Of a stretch of 64,000 nucleotides of DNA, positions 9,984 to 19,312 are shown piece after piece (the stretch's first letter is position 1; each line of letters begins with the position of its first letter). The notes beneath the pieces are model-generated. The model was given only the letters and a program-made list of their open reading frames with translations, searched no databases and had not been told where the DNA came from. Source of the DNA: Candidatus Hydrogenedentota bacterium (GTDB taxonomy: Bacteria; Hydrogenedentota; Hydrogenedentia; Hydrogenedentales; SLHB01); assembly GCA_963674865.2 (NCBI GenBank), contig CAXXYE010000009.1, forward strand, positions 1,152,001 through 1,216,000, given 5' to 3'. Both the position numbers and the translations under genes were made by a program.

Positions 9984-10886
9984 TCAGATTAGGCTCGTTG
10001 AGAAATACCGTTCCGCGCGATCGGGCAGAACCGTTGCCACAATCTTGTCCTCACCAAATTGCTCGGCCATGCGCATGCACGCCCATACATTGGCGCCCGA
10101 TGACACGCCCACGAGCAGGCCCGCATCCCGGGCGAGTGTGCGCGCGCATTCGATGGCGTCTTCATCCGTCACTTCGACCACGTTGTCGACGAGGGCGGTG
10201 TCGAGGATTGCGGGCACGAATCCATCGCCGATTCCTTGGATCTTGTGCAAACCCGGTTCATGGCCGAGCAGGGCGGACACGTTCTTCGGCTCCACGGCGC
10301 ACACATGCGTCTTGGGATCGCGTTCCTTCAGAAAGGCGCCCACGCCCTGGAGTGTCCCGCCCGATCCGAGGCCCGACACAAATACGTCCACGTGGTGGTC
10401 CAGTTGGTTCCAAAGTTCCGGCCCGGTGTTGAGATAGTGGATCTTGGCGTTGTCCGGATTCTCAAACTGCTGCGGCACATAGATGTTTGGATCCGCGGCT
10501 TGGCGCTCGCGCACGGCGCGAACGCACCCGTCGAGGCTTTCTTTGGCCGGCGTCAACAGCAATTCCGCGCCCAAGGCGCATATGATCTTCTTGCGCTCCT
10601 CGCTCATGTTCTCGGGCATCACAATGACGACGTGGTAGCCCAGGCGGCGGCCGACGAGGGCGATGCCGATGCCGGTGTTGCCCGACGTGGGCTCCATAAT
10701 CGTCATGCCGGGGCGGAGGTCGCCCCGCCGAATTGCCTCTTCGAGCATGAAGCGCGCCACGCGGTCCTTGATGCTGCCGCCTGGATTAAGGTACTCGGCT
10801 TTCGCAAATATGCTGCTGTCTGTCATATCCTTGAGACAGACGATGGGTGTGTTGCCGATCTGATCCAGAACGCTCTTTGAATACAC
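9984..10886 (-). CDS. cysK: Cysteine synthase (O-acetylserine sulfhydrylase)
   Basis: IGNTP, KAEYLNPGGSIKDR (PLP Lys), EPTSGNTG, GSGGT and HKIQGIG. Start GTG 10886 follows an AGGAG RBS. Confidence 0.92.
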   Translation of the reverse strand: MYSKSVLDQIGNTPIVCLKDMTDSSIFAKAEYLNPGGSIKDRVARFMLEEAIRRGDLRPGMTIMEPTSGNTGIGIALVGRRLGYHVVIVMPENMSEERKKIICALGAELLLTPAKESLDGCVRAVRERQAADPNIYVPQQFENPDNAKIHYLNTGPELWNQLDHHVDVFVSGLGSGGTLQGVGAFLKERDPKTHVCAVEPKNVSALLGHEPGLHKIQGIGDGFVPAILDTALVDNVVEVTDEDAIECARTLARDAGLLVGVSSGANVWACMRMAEQFGEDKIVATVLPDRAERYFSTSLI

Positions 10887-11071
10887 GTTTACTACTCCTC
10901 GTGGGCCGAAGCCGCCCGCAAAATAATGGCCGCCTCCGTCCAAAGTCAAGCCAGATACCGGGCTCCCAGACGACCTCTAAACGTTTCGCATCAAGTCCGA
11001 AACGGGGCCATTGGGCCTGCCCAGATTCCGCACGTGAGCGTGGTCCTGGAGCCCAAGCACGCGCGCCGGAG

Positions 11072-11178
11072 GCAGGCAGGATGCCCACGCTACAATCTCC
11101 GGCGCGCTGGCCATTTGTCAAGGCCCGCTTGCCAAAGTCCCGAGAAGGGCCACATTGTGGTGCGGGCTTCCAGCCTGC
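11072..11178. repeat. Inverted pair of GTAG/GTGG-type REP-like palindromes
   Basis: Minus-strand TGTAGCGTGGGCATCCTGCCTGC (11072-11094) and plus-strand TGTGGTGCGGGCTTCCAGCCTGC (11156-11178); a related copy lies at 58210-58232. Confidence 0.6.
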
Positions 11179-11328
11179 ATATTGCCGCGATTGGCGCGAA
11201 ACCTGCCCGGCTTACGTGCGGATTTGGGGCCGAGCGAGTTCTTTCCATGTGCGCCGCGATTGTGCTAGGCTCAATTCATCCTGTCGCGGAGAGATAACCT
11301 TAGATCATACAGGGGCATAAGTGTACTC

Positions 11329-12510
11329 GTGAGTGTGAATTGCGAGCAATTTGTCGCGCGTGGCGTGATGGCCGGAAAGCAAACCCCTTCGGACGTGTTC
11401 ATGCGTGGGGGAAAGATAAGCGCCGTGAAGCCTTGCGGGCGTGGCAAGGCCAACGCGGGCAGCAAGTCCTCCGTCATCATCCCGACTTTGTTCGACATCC
11501 AAGTTAATGGTGTGGCGGGTATCGACCTTCAAGGGAGCCGCGTAGCGCCCGATGACGTGGCCAAGATTACCGATACGCTGGCGCGCTGGGGCGTGTCCCA
11601 TTGGGCGCCGACACTCGTCACCGGGCCTGTGGAGCACCTTCTGCATGGATGCCGCGCCATCGCCAAGGCCCTGGAAGACAAGCGCCTTGCCCGGGCCGTG
11701 CCCGGCATTCACATTGAGGGGCCGCACATTTCTCCGAAGGATGGCCCTCGCGGGGCGCATGATAAGCGGGCCGTCCGCCCACCGAGCATCCGCATGTTCG
11801 ACCGCCTGCTGGCTGCCGCCAACGGCAGGATCCTCTACACAACCGTCGCGCCCGAGGTGCGTGGAGCGATCCGCTACATCAAAGAGGTCGTGAAGCGCGG
11901 CGTTGTGGTCTCGCTGGGCCACCACAACGGCGATGCCGATCAGATCAAGCGCGCCGTCGATGCGGGCGCCCGGCTTGCCACCCACCTGGGCAACGGGCTT
12001 GCCCCGATGATGCACCGGCACCTCAATCCGCTCTGGCCGCAACTTGCGGCAGAACGCCTCACGTGCTCTTTGATCCCAGATCTCGAGCACCTGCCGGCGC
12101 CGGTGCTGAAAGTGTTTGTTCGCGCCAAACGTCCAGAGAAGGTGATTCTCACGTCAGATGTCGTTCACATTGCGGGCCTTAAGCCGGGGCGGCATGCGTT
12201 GGGCGGCGTGCCCGTCGAGTTGACGCGGCAAGGCCGCATTCAACTGGGCAGTACGGGGCTTCTTGCCGGGAGTGCCCTTATGCTGCTCCAGGGCGTGGTG
12301 AATGCCGTGCAGGTTGGTGCGATGACGCTTGAAGAGGCCGTCGCCAGCACCACCACTATCCCCGCGAAATTGCTGGGCGTTAAGCACGTCTTTTCCCTCC
12401 CCTCCGTGAACCGCCGCGCCAACTTCGTCGTGTTTGATATCGACAAGCAGCAGCCCCAATGGCGGGCGGTGGTGCGCGCGGTGTTTGTCGACGGGGAGCG
12501 GATAATCTAG
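11329..12510 (+). CDS. nagA: N-acetylglucosamine-6-phosphate deacetylase
   Basis: DIQVNG, HIEGPHIS, SLGH, THLGNG, LTSD and LLAGS motifs. Confidence 0.88.
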   Translation: MSVNCEQFVARGVMAGKQTPSDVFMRGGKISAVKPCGRGKANAGSKSSVIIPTLFDIQVNGVAGIDLQGSRVAPDDVAKITDTLARWGVSHWAPTLVTGPVEHLLHGCRAIAKALEDKRLARAVPGIHIEGPHISPKDGPRGAHDKRAVRPPSIRMFDRLLAAANGRILYTTVAPEVRGAIRYIKEVVKRGVVVSLGHHNGDADQIKRAVDAGARLATHLGNGLAPMMHRHLNPLWPQLAAERLTCSLIPDLEHLPAPVLKVFVRAKRPEKVILTSDVVHIAGLKPGRHALGGVPVELTRQGRIQLGSTGLLAGSALMLLQGVVNAVQVGAMTLEEAVASTTTIPAKLLGVKHVFSLPSVNRRANFVVFDIDKQQPQWRAVVRAVFVDGERII

Positions 12511-12549
12511 CCGCCTTTTCGGGCGTGAACGAGGGAGTCTTGAACATCC

Positions 12550-13824
12550 ATGAAGCCACGGACATTGCGCGTCACCATGAATGGCACAGGCTTTGCCGGC
12601 GACTATACGGCGCGCGTATACGGCCTGATACCACACAAGAACAACGTCACCATCGAACTCGCCGGGATCACGTCAGGCCGGATCGAGAACGCCGCCCGAT
12701 TTGCCCGGGAGCATGGCATTGCCACGGCCTATCCGAGCCACGCCGATATGGTGAAGGCCGTCCAGCCGGATATCGACAACATCGCCTGTGCGAACTACAC
12801 CCACGGCCCTTACATCACTGAGTCGTCCGAAGCGGGCGTGGGGGTGATCGTTGTTGAGAAGCCTCCCATCATCTGGCCGGGCTACGCCGAGGGCCGAGAG
12901 GCCGATGCCGAGACGAGAAAGCGGGAGACGATGGCGGAGTTGGCGCGGGTGCTCGACGTGGTGCGTGCGCAAGGGGCCAAGCTCCTCTACGCCGAGAATT
13001 TCGTTTATTTTGACGGCGTCATGGGCATGGCGGAACTCATGGCTGAGGCCGTCAAGGTCAGGAAGGGCCGTGTTCTGTACCAGCGCGGCGTTTGCGCCCA
13101 TCAAGGTTCCCACGCCCCGGCCTACGATACGCCGTCGAAGTCCGGCGGCGGCTCGCTCTTCAATAAGGCGTGCCATCCCCTTGGGCCCATCCTCTATCTG
13201 AAGCAACTGGACGGCCTCCTGCGCGATGGCAAGCCCATCCGCCCCGCGCGCGTCTCGGCCGTGGCGCTGCAGATTCTCAAGCATCAGCCGGAGTCCTCGG
13301 ACGAGTTTTTCCGCGTTATGCAGAATGTCGACGATTTCGCCCGCGTCACCATCGTGTTCGAAGATCAAACCGTCGCCGAGGTGCTCGGCTATGATCTGAG
13401 CATCAGCGGCATCCGCAACGAACTGGCCGTCATCAGCGATTTCGGCGAATACGAGCTGCGGGTGAATCCTAACAACGAGAACGAACTTTTCATGCCGGCC
13501 GCCGCCCCGGCAGGCAATCTTCTCCTCCGCGAGAAGCTCCCGACGCCGCAAGGGACGTCTTTCCCCCGCCCCAAGCAGTCCTATGCCCACGGCTACGTCA
13601 ACGAGATGGAGGACGCTGTGGACTGCGCCCTCGACCCCGAACGCTACCCACAGTCAGGGGCGATGATGGCATGGGATACGATGGCGGTGTTGATGGCGGG
13701 CTACGAATCCAGCGAGAAGAGTGGGGTGTTTGTCGACGTCTCGGAACTGGTTCAGGCTCGTGAGTTCACGGCAAACGAGATGCCCGACCTCAAGCATCTC
13801 CCCGCTGTCTTTCAGAGGCTATAG
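12550..13824 (+). CDS. Gfo/Idh/MocA family oxidoreductase
   Basis: Rossmann-like NGTGFAG, VEKP and GGGSLFNKACH. Confidence 0.8.
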   Translation: MKPRTLRVTMNGTGFAGDYTARVYGLIPHKNNVTIELAGITSGRIENAARFAREHGIATAYPSHADMVKAVQPDIDNIACANYTHGPYITESSEAGVGVIVVEKPPIIWPGYAEGREADAETRKRETMAELARVLDVVRAQGAKLLYAENFVYFDGVMGMAELMAEAVKVRKGRVLYQRGVCAHQGSHAPAYDTPSKSGGGSLFNKACHPLGPILYLKQLDGLLRDGKPIRPARVSAVALQILKHQPESSDEFFRVMQNVDDFARVTIVFEDQTVAEVLGYDLSISGIRNELAVISDFGEYELRVNPNNENELFMPAAAPAGNLLLREKLPTPQGTSFPRPKQSYAHGYVNEMEDAVDCALDPERYPQSGAMMAWDTMAVLMAGYESSEKSGVFVDVSELVQAREFTANEMPDLKHLPAVFQRL

Positions 13825-13876
13825 CGCTTCTCGAGATGCCTGAACCGCCTCCAAGGGCGCTGCCTCCTGCCGGAGA

Positions 13877-14632
13877 TCACGAGGTCATGCCTTGCAGTTC
13901 CTCTTTTAGGCGCTTGGCCACTGGCCTGAGAAGACCCTTTAGCGTCAGGACCTCCCCTACCATGCTGCGCACGAAGACGGAGCCGATGTCGCCCGATGTG
14001 AAATGATCGCCTTCCGTTAACTGGACGGAAAAGGGCGCCACCTGTAGATTCAGCCACGACTTGGCCAGGGGATTCTTGCTGAGGGCGATGCGCGCCCCCG
14101 AACAGCGGAACTCCTCGACGATGAACCGGCGTTCACGGCCCCAAGGAATCCGCCACTTGGCCGGCGCCTCGTTCTCCTTCCGATTCGACGCCCGCTCGGC
14201 GAGGCATCCAAGATTGGTGCCGGTTCCCGGCTTGTAGCGAAGATAGACGTCGCCGTTTTCCACAAGAATCCGCTGGATCACGGGCGTCGCGGAGAAGAGT
14301 GTCGCCGGGTCTACCTCGACATAGACTTGTTCGAGAAGCATCGCCGGGCCCTCCTCAAAGTCCGGTGGGTTGGCCACCTTCAGTCCATTGAGCACCAGCG
14401 CGTGCTTGAGCGGCTGCACCGAGAGCGATTCGATTTGCGTATCTACCGTCAAGGCAAGGCTCAAACTCCGCTGCAGACGGCCTTTCGCCAAGCTCGAAAC
14501 CTGCGGCCAGAGCATTACGATGCTCAGGCTGATACACAGGAGAACGAATCCCGGTAAGATGGCTACCAGTCTCAACGCCTTTCTCAAAGAGCTACTCCCG
14601 CTCGTGCGTAGTCTCTGCCGTTTCCGTGCCAT
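13877..14632 (-). CDS. AsmA-like membrane-anchored protein
   Basis: N-terminal TM, then LNGLKVANPPDF and GTNL segments typical of AsmA-like domains; start at ATG 14632. Confidence 0.6.
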   Translation of the reverse strand: MARKRQRLRTSGSSSLRKALRLVAILPGFVLLCISLSIVMLWPQVSSLAKGRLQRSLSLALTVDTQIESLSVQPLKHALVLNGLKVANPPDFEEGPAMLLEQVYVEVDPATLFSATPVIQRILVENGDVYLRYKPGTGTNLGCLAERASNRKENEAPAKWRIPWGRERRFIVEEFRCSGARIALSKNPLAKSWLNLQVAPFSVQLTEGDHFTSGDIGSVFVRSMVGEVLTLKGLLRPVAKRLKEELQGMTS

Positions 14633-14787
14633 GCTAGACGATTGCCGGGATCCACGCAACGGGCAAAGACCTGAGCCGGTGTTCTGGAATCGAGACAAGC
14701 GCCGAGAGCCGAAACTCTTTCATGCGTAAGGCATTGTATAGAAGCGATTTAGTGGGGCGTTTGCGCCTTGTCCGAGCCCCCTCAATC

Positions 14788-14816
14788 TTGACAGTGACGC
14801 GGCCCGGTGGTATATT
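14788..14816 (+). promoter_or_regulatory. Near-consensus sigma70 promoter heading the cohesin-dockerin cluster
   Basis: TTGACA (14788-14793)-17 nt-TATATT (14811-14816) with extended -10 TG. Confidence 0.7.
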
Positions 14817-14834
14817 CTCTGACAAGGAAGAATA

Positions 14835-15332
14835 TTGTTGTTCCAGAAACCAGTAATAGCGGGCTGCATAGTTGCCCTCGGCCTTGCCAGTGTCTTGGCC
14901 CCCGGTGGACATCTCTCGATTATCGGGGACACCAACGGCGACCACGCGATAGATATCCTTGATATCCAGGCTGTGGTGGCGCAGGTTATGGGGGACGCTC
15001 CGAGCGCGGCCGGGGATGTTAATGCCGATGGGCGCGTGGACATTCTCGACCTCCAGCGTGTCGTCGCCCAAGCCACGCAAGCCGACAAGCCGGCGAAGTC
15101 CCCCGACGGCACGCCCAGGCCCGAAGCGACGCTCCCTTCGAGCGCACCGGTTTTTCTCTGTCTGACGCCGCATGGCCAAGTGGTTTTCGGCCTTGTATCG
15201 GATGGCTCGGATGTGTCCCATCAGTGGGAGGAAGCCAGTGTTTCCTCTCGCCTTAGCACACAGATCGAGCGCTATCTCTTCACACTGACTCCTCACGCGC
15301 CGCCCTCGCTCGAAGCGGCTTTTCTCGCGTAG
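14835..15332 (+). CDS. Small secreted dockerin-domain protein with C-terminal HAPP motif
   Basis: Hydrophobic N-terminus; duplicated Ca-binding loop-helix GDTNGDHAIDILDIQAVV / GDVNADGRVDILDLQRVV; tail YLFTLTPHAPP. Confidence 0.8.
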   Translation: MLFQKPVIAGCIVALGLASVLAPGGHLSIIGDTNGDHAIDILDIQAVVAQVMGDAPSAAGDVNADGRVDILDLQRVVAQATQADKPAKSPDGTPRPEATLPSSAPVFLCLTPHGQVVFGLVSDGSDVSHQWEEASVSSRLSTQIERYLFTLTPHAPPSLEAAFLA

Positions 15333-15471
15333 ACGTCTTGGAAGTACCGCGGCCCGGTATTGCACCGGCGTCGCGCACAGAGACGGGGAGCGAGAAAGTT
15401 CTGTACCAAGTTCCCCTTACGTGATTGTAGGTTTGCGCCCCTTTGACGGGGCGTCATGGGAGTCAGAAGCG

Positions 15472-16776
15472 ATGATCAAGCGAGAACATGGAGGTCGCCG
15501 CGCGCTCGCGCTCGCCGTTGCCTTGCTGTGCCTGGCAGGGCTGGGCACGGCTAGTGGTGAGGGCGGCAGCATGAACGGCATGCTCGGCGACATCAATCTA
15601 GACGGCCATACCAACGTGCTCGACGTCCAGGCCGGAGTTACGCAGGCCCTCGGAGCGGCCTCGCAAACGCCCGAAGGGGATGTCGATGGCTCGGGGGCTG
15701 TCAACATATTCGACGTACAGCACCTTGTGAACAGCACCCTTGGCGTGGGCGGCCTGTCGCAGCGCGTTACGGGCGTTGTCTCCGGCAGCGGCACCGGCAT
15801 ACGAAGCCAGCTTCGTGTCATCGCCGTGTCGAGGGAAGGGCAACTGGAGGAGGCTGAGGTCGACCCGGACACGGGCGCCTTCCAGCTCACGTTGCGCGTC
15901 CAGACGAACTGGGCGTTGGCGCTTTGTACGGGCGAGCAGGGACAACAGCAGCATCAGTGTCTGGGCGCCTTCGAGTTCCCGATAGGCGAATCCGTGTCCT
16001 GCACCTTGCCGCTGCCTTCGCTCAGCCGCGGCATTGACCTCGATATCGGCGCCGTCAGCCAGAATCAGTACCGTCTGCGCTGTGGCATGGGCATTCGGCA
16101 GATGCTCGGGCAACTCGGCGCGCCCATTGATTCCTCCGATGGCAATAGCAACGGTGTTCCCGATTCGGTGGAGCCGCTGATGTGTCGCGTGCGCACTGCC
16201 CAAGGCGTGCCTAACACGGCCGATGTGGACGCGCTGCTCGAGGAGATGGCTGCGTGCATCGCCGCCTGGATCGAAGAGTATCCTAGCCCGGATCTGACGG
16301 ATACGGATGGGAATGGCATCCCCGATTCGCTCGACCCGCTTATGGACTGCCTTGAGGCAGCCATCGGCGATTGGCTCGCGGAGCAGGGCATTGCCGTTCC
16401 CGACACCGACGATGACGGCAACGGCATTCCCGATTTCGTCGAGGCCATCATCGCGCACGTCGAGCAGGGCATTCCGGCCTGGCTCCTTACGCTCGGCCGC
16501 CCGGACCTCGTGGATGAGAATCAGGACGGGGTCCCGGATTACATCGAACATCACCTGAGCATCGCCGGCATGCCAAGCTATGTCGATAAGGACGGCAACG
16601 GTATCCCCGACTTCGCCGAGGACTTCGACGGCGACGGGATCCCGAACATTGCCGATGAGGACTGGGCCGTGTGTCCGGGCGATTGCGACGGCGACTGCAT
16701 TCTGGATGACGAAGACGTCGACGACGACAACGACGGCGTGCCTGACTATGCTGATGACGCGCCGAGCGGCTCGTAG
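15472..16776 (+). CDS. Secreted dockerin protein with acidic DxDGNGIPD (TSP3-like) Ca-binding repeats
   Basis: Signal peptide; GDINLDGHTNVLDVQ / GDVDGSGAVNIFDVQ dockerin; about 7 D-x-D-G-x-G-[IV]-P-[DN] loops; ATG 15472 follows GGGAG. Confidence 0.82.
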   Translation: MIKREHGGRRALALAVALLCLAGLGTASGEGGSMNGMLGDINLDGHTNVLDVQAGVTQALGAASQTPEGDVDGSGAVNIFDVQHLVNSTLGVGGLSQRVTGVVSGSGTGIRSQLRVIAVSREGQLEEAEVDPDTGAFQLTLRVQTNWALALCTGEQGQQQHQCLGAFEFPIGESVSCTLPLPSLSRGIDLDIGAVSQNQYRLRCGMGIRQMLGQLGAPIDSSDGNSNGVPDSVEPLMCRVRTAQGVPNTADVDALLEEMAACIAAWIEEYPSPDLTDTDGNGIPDSLDPLMDCLEAAIGDWLAEQGIAVPDTDDDGNGIPDFVEAIIAHVEQGIPAWLLTLGRPDLVDENQDGVPDYIEHHLSIAGMPSYVDKDGNGIPDFAEDFDGDGIPNIADEDWAVCPGDCDGDCILDDEDVDDDNDGVPDYADDAPSGS

Positions 16777-16863
16777 CCGGCGGCAGGCGTCTTGGGAAGG
16801 GAAGGAACGATTCGGCGAGGGGGCGCCCCTTGCGGGCGCCCCGCCCCGCCGGAAAGCGACTCG

Positions 16864-17970
16864 ATGAATACGGAGAAGCAACTTCGCCGTGTGCGCGCCT
16901 GGCGCCGGGATAGGCTTTTCATGCGCGTCGGAGCGCTGCTGTTCTGCGCCTGTGCCGCGGTGGCCGCCGTCGTGTCTTTGGACGAGACATCGGACTCCGA
17001 TGGATACCTGGTTGTGCCGGTGCTCATCCAGGCGGTATCCGAGGATTCCGTGGCCGGACTCCAGTTCGACGTGACGTTCGACAGCGCACGATGGGACCTC
17101 GTGGACGTCGAGTTGGGCACATCCGCGTACGAGGCGGGGAAGGACGTGTTCTTCAGCGACCTCTCCTCCGGCTCGGCGCGCGTCGTCGTCGCAGGTTTCA
17201 ACCAGGAAACACTTGCCGACGGCGCCGTGGCTCAACTCGTTCTTTGTCCACTGGAGGACTGCGACGCGGCGACGGGCCTTGCGCTGGACAGCCTGGTGGC
17301 ATCCGATCCGCTGGGACGCCGCGTCGAGGCCGGTTTCCTCAGCGGCGCCAATGCCGCGGACGAAGACTCGGACTCTCCCGAGAAGCGACTGGACGACGAT
17401 GTGTCCACCACGGAGGCTGTTGCTGATGCCGCGGATGCCGACGGCGCCGCGACGACGGCCGGTGCCCGTTCGAGCGGCGTTTACAGCGTGCCGGAAGAGC
17501 TGTCCGACAATGAGTCGGATGCCGATGGCGTGCCGTACTCGCCGTCGACGGCAGTGAACGGTTCCCGGCCCTCGGGCCGGAACGTGTCCATGCAGCCGGC
17601 CCCGGCGTCAGAAGCGTCCACGGGGCAGGAGTACGTTTCGTCGAGTCGTCGGACGCGGACTGAAGATGGCCACGCGCAACGGCGTTCTATTGCCGAATCC
17701 GGCTCCAAGGGTTCGCCCGGCCCGCTCTTGGGTGACGGCGTGGGCGAGGCTCGGATGCTTGCCATGGCCTCGCCCTCGGGCGTGTTGGCGCGAGACGGCG
17801 TGATATCCGGCGGTTCGGGGCAGGCGGCTGTCCGCACCGAAAGCACGAGGCCCTTTCACCGCCCTCTGGCCGCGCACGTGTTGGCGGCTTTGGCCGGAGC
17901 CGCGCTTCTGGCGCTGATACTCTTCATTCGAGGAATGGCCCTTCGCTTTCCTGAGACAAAGACCCTCTAG
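16864..17970 (+). CDS. Single-cohesin protein with long low-complexity linker and C-terminal TM anchor
   Basis: VPV..VAGLQFDVTFD..GKDV..RVVVAGFNQETLADG..SDPLG cohesin-like strands; C-terminal hydrophobic helix. Alternative start at 16921. Confidence 0.75.
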   Translation: MNTEKQLRRVRAWRRDRLFMRVGALLFCACAAVAAVVSLDETSDSDGYLVVPVLIQAVSEDSVAGLQFDVTFDSARWDLVDVELGTSAYEAGKDVFFSDLSSGSARVVVAGFNQETLADGAVAQLVLCPLEDCDAATGLALDSLVASDPLGRRVEAGFLSGANAADEDSDSPEKRLDDDVSTTEAVADAADADGAATTAGARSSGVYSVPEELSDNESDADGVPYSPSTAVNGSRPSGRNVSMQPAPASEASTGQEYVSSSRRTRTEDGHAQRRSIAESGSKGSPGPLLGDGVGEARMLAMASPSGVLARDGVISGGSGQAAVRTESTRPFHRPLAAHVLAALAGAALLALILFIRGMALRFPETKTL

Positions 17971-18041
17971 GTTCATTAAGAAGCTGACAAAGAGTCTGAG
18001 AAACGAAATTCACGGGGAATTACCCGTAAGGAGAAGTAATT

Positions 18042-18512
18042 ATGTTGTCAAAGAACATCACAGCAGCCTGTTTGACGATAGCCTTGGTTCTCGCCGTTAT
18101 GGCGGTGTTCGTAGTGTCGCCGGCGCCTTGCCGCGCAGAAGCCATGACGATGAGTCCGTTCAAGATTATCCTGAACGCCCAGGGCCAGTGGGATGACATC
18201 CAGGCGATTATCGGGATGAATCTCGGAGCCTGCACCGTCGTGACGGATTTCGATGTTCAACTGTATTTCGATGGCAAGCTCATTACGGATGCCAATGCGG
18301 TGTGGTACTGCGCCATCGACGATAACCTCTTCGTCTACTTCGACAGGCAGACGATTCAGGATAGCCCCGTGGTCGCTGACTTGGCCGGAGGCGTTGTTCA
18401 GGCCGAGGTGAAGGGTTGGTTCACCGCCGAGAATTGGGACGGCACGGACAGCATCACGCGGAGCATCGATGCCTACGACGACGTCGAGATACTGAAACCT
18501 GGCAGGAAATAG
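18042..18512 (+). CDS. Small secreted beta-rich hypothetical protein
   Basis: AAGGAG RBS, signal peptide, predicted beta-rich mature part (NLFVYFDRQ). Confidence 0.75.
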   Translation: MLSKNITAACLTIALVLAVMAVFVVSPAPCRAEAMTMSPFKIILNAQGQWDDIQAIIGMNLGACTVVTDFDVQLYFDGKLITDANAVWYCAIDDNLFVYFDRQTIQDSPVVADLAGGVVQAEVKGWFTAENWDGTDSITRSIDAYDDVEILKPGRK

Positions 18513-18520
18513 GAGACTCA

Positions 18521-18552
18521 GTGCGCCGCCGGCCCTCAGGCCGGCGGCGCAC
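18521..18552 (+). terminator. 14-bp GC stem-loop (terminator or stabilising hairpin)
   Basis: GTGCGCCGCCGGCC-CTCA-GGCCGGCGGCGCAC followed by only a weak pyrimidine tail. Confidence 0.55.
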
Positions 18553-18645
18553 CCTCTCTTGTCACCTTGGCAGCTACCTGAAGCGGTATTGCCCGGAGAA
18601 CATTGCCGGGCGTGCCCTGCAACACGCGGTTATCGGGAGGTCTCG

Positions 18646-19308
18646 ATGTATCCAGCCCGCCGCGCTTCATTCGTGATTCCCGCAATCACTTCGGTTGCGT
18701 TGAGCCTCGGGGGAACCTGCTTCGCCGCGGAGGTCGTCGTTGACTCGCCCCGCTGTGCAGTCGGCGCCCGAGAGGTCATCGTGCCCGTTAATCTGGCCTG
18801 TGAAGCGGAGGAGAGCGTCTGCGGCGCACAATTTGACCTCCTCTTCGACGAAGGGTTTCTTGCGCTCAAAGAACTGACGACTGGCGAGGCGGCTCAGGAT
18901 GCCGGCAAGGCGGTTCACGTTGGCCGCCTGGCCTCGGGAAGAGTCCGAGTCATCATTGCCGGACTCAACCAGCGCCCCATGGCAAGCGGCCGCATCGCGC
19001 TGGCTCGCTTCGATGTCTCCTCCGCCACTGTCGCCAGTGGGCGGCTTGTCTTGAACGAGGTCATTTTGAGCGATCCGTTTGGACACAAGATAGCCGTGCA
19101 AACGACATCCGGTGAGGTGCTGATCGCTGATGCGCCCGGTGAATCCCCGGAGAAGGCGCCCGCGCCGGAAACGCGAGGCGGGTGCTTCGGGGCAATATCC
19201 CCGCCCACGAGCGGCGGCGGTCGGGGCGACGCCCTGGCGGTTCTTTTTGTCGTGGCGGGGCTGCTTCTTCTCGGTGCCCGGGCCATGAGGCGGTGCCCAT
19301 GCCGTTGA
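18646..19308 (+). CDS. Single-cohesin protein with GGC...GD-TM-RR tail
   Basis: GGAGG RBS and ATG 18646; VCGAQFDLLFD..GKAV..RVIIAGLNQ..SDPFG; tail RGGCFG..RGDALAVLFVVAGLLLLGARAMRR. Confidence 0.8.
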   Translation: MYPARRASFVIPAITSVALSLGGTCFAAEVVVDSPRCAVGAREVIVPVNLACEAEESVCGAQFDLLFDEGFLALKELTTGEAAQDAGKAVHVGRLASGRVRVIIAGLNQRPMASGRIALARFDVSSATVASGRLVLNEVILSDPFGHKIAVQTTSGEVLIADAPGESPEKAPAPETRGGCFGAISPPTSGGGRGDALAVLFVVAGLLLLGARAMRRCPCR

Positions 19309-19312
19309 GGTC

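Noticed and set aside
16130..16750. Recurrent GACGGCAACGGCATTCCCGAT-like DNA repeats as a possible CRISPR array
   Set aside because: They are in-frame coding repeats (DGNGIPD) with wobble variation and irregular spacing; no cas genes nearby.
15598..17235. 545-aa minus-strand ORF (similar long shadows at 8796-9869, 46063-47181, 37849-38847 and 55127-56020)
   Set aside because: Antisense shadows of well-supported genes, expected in high-GC DNA; no recognisable motifs.
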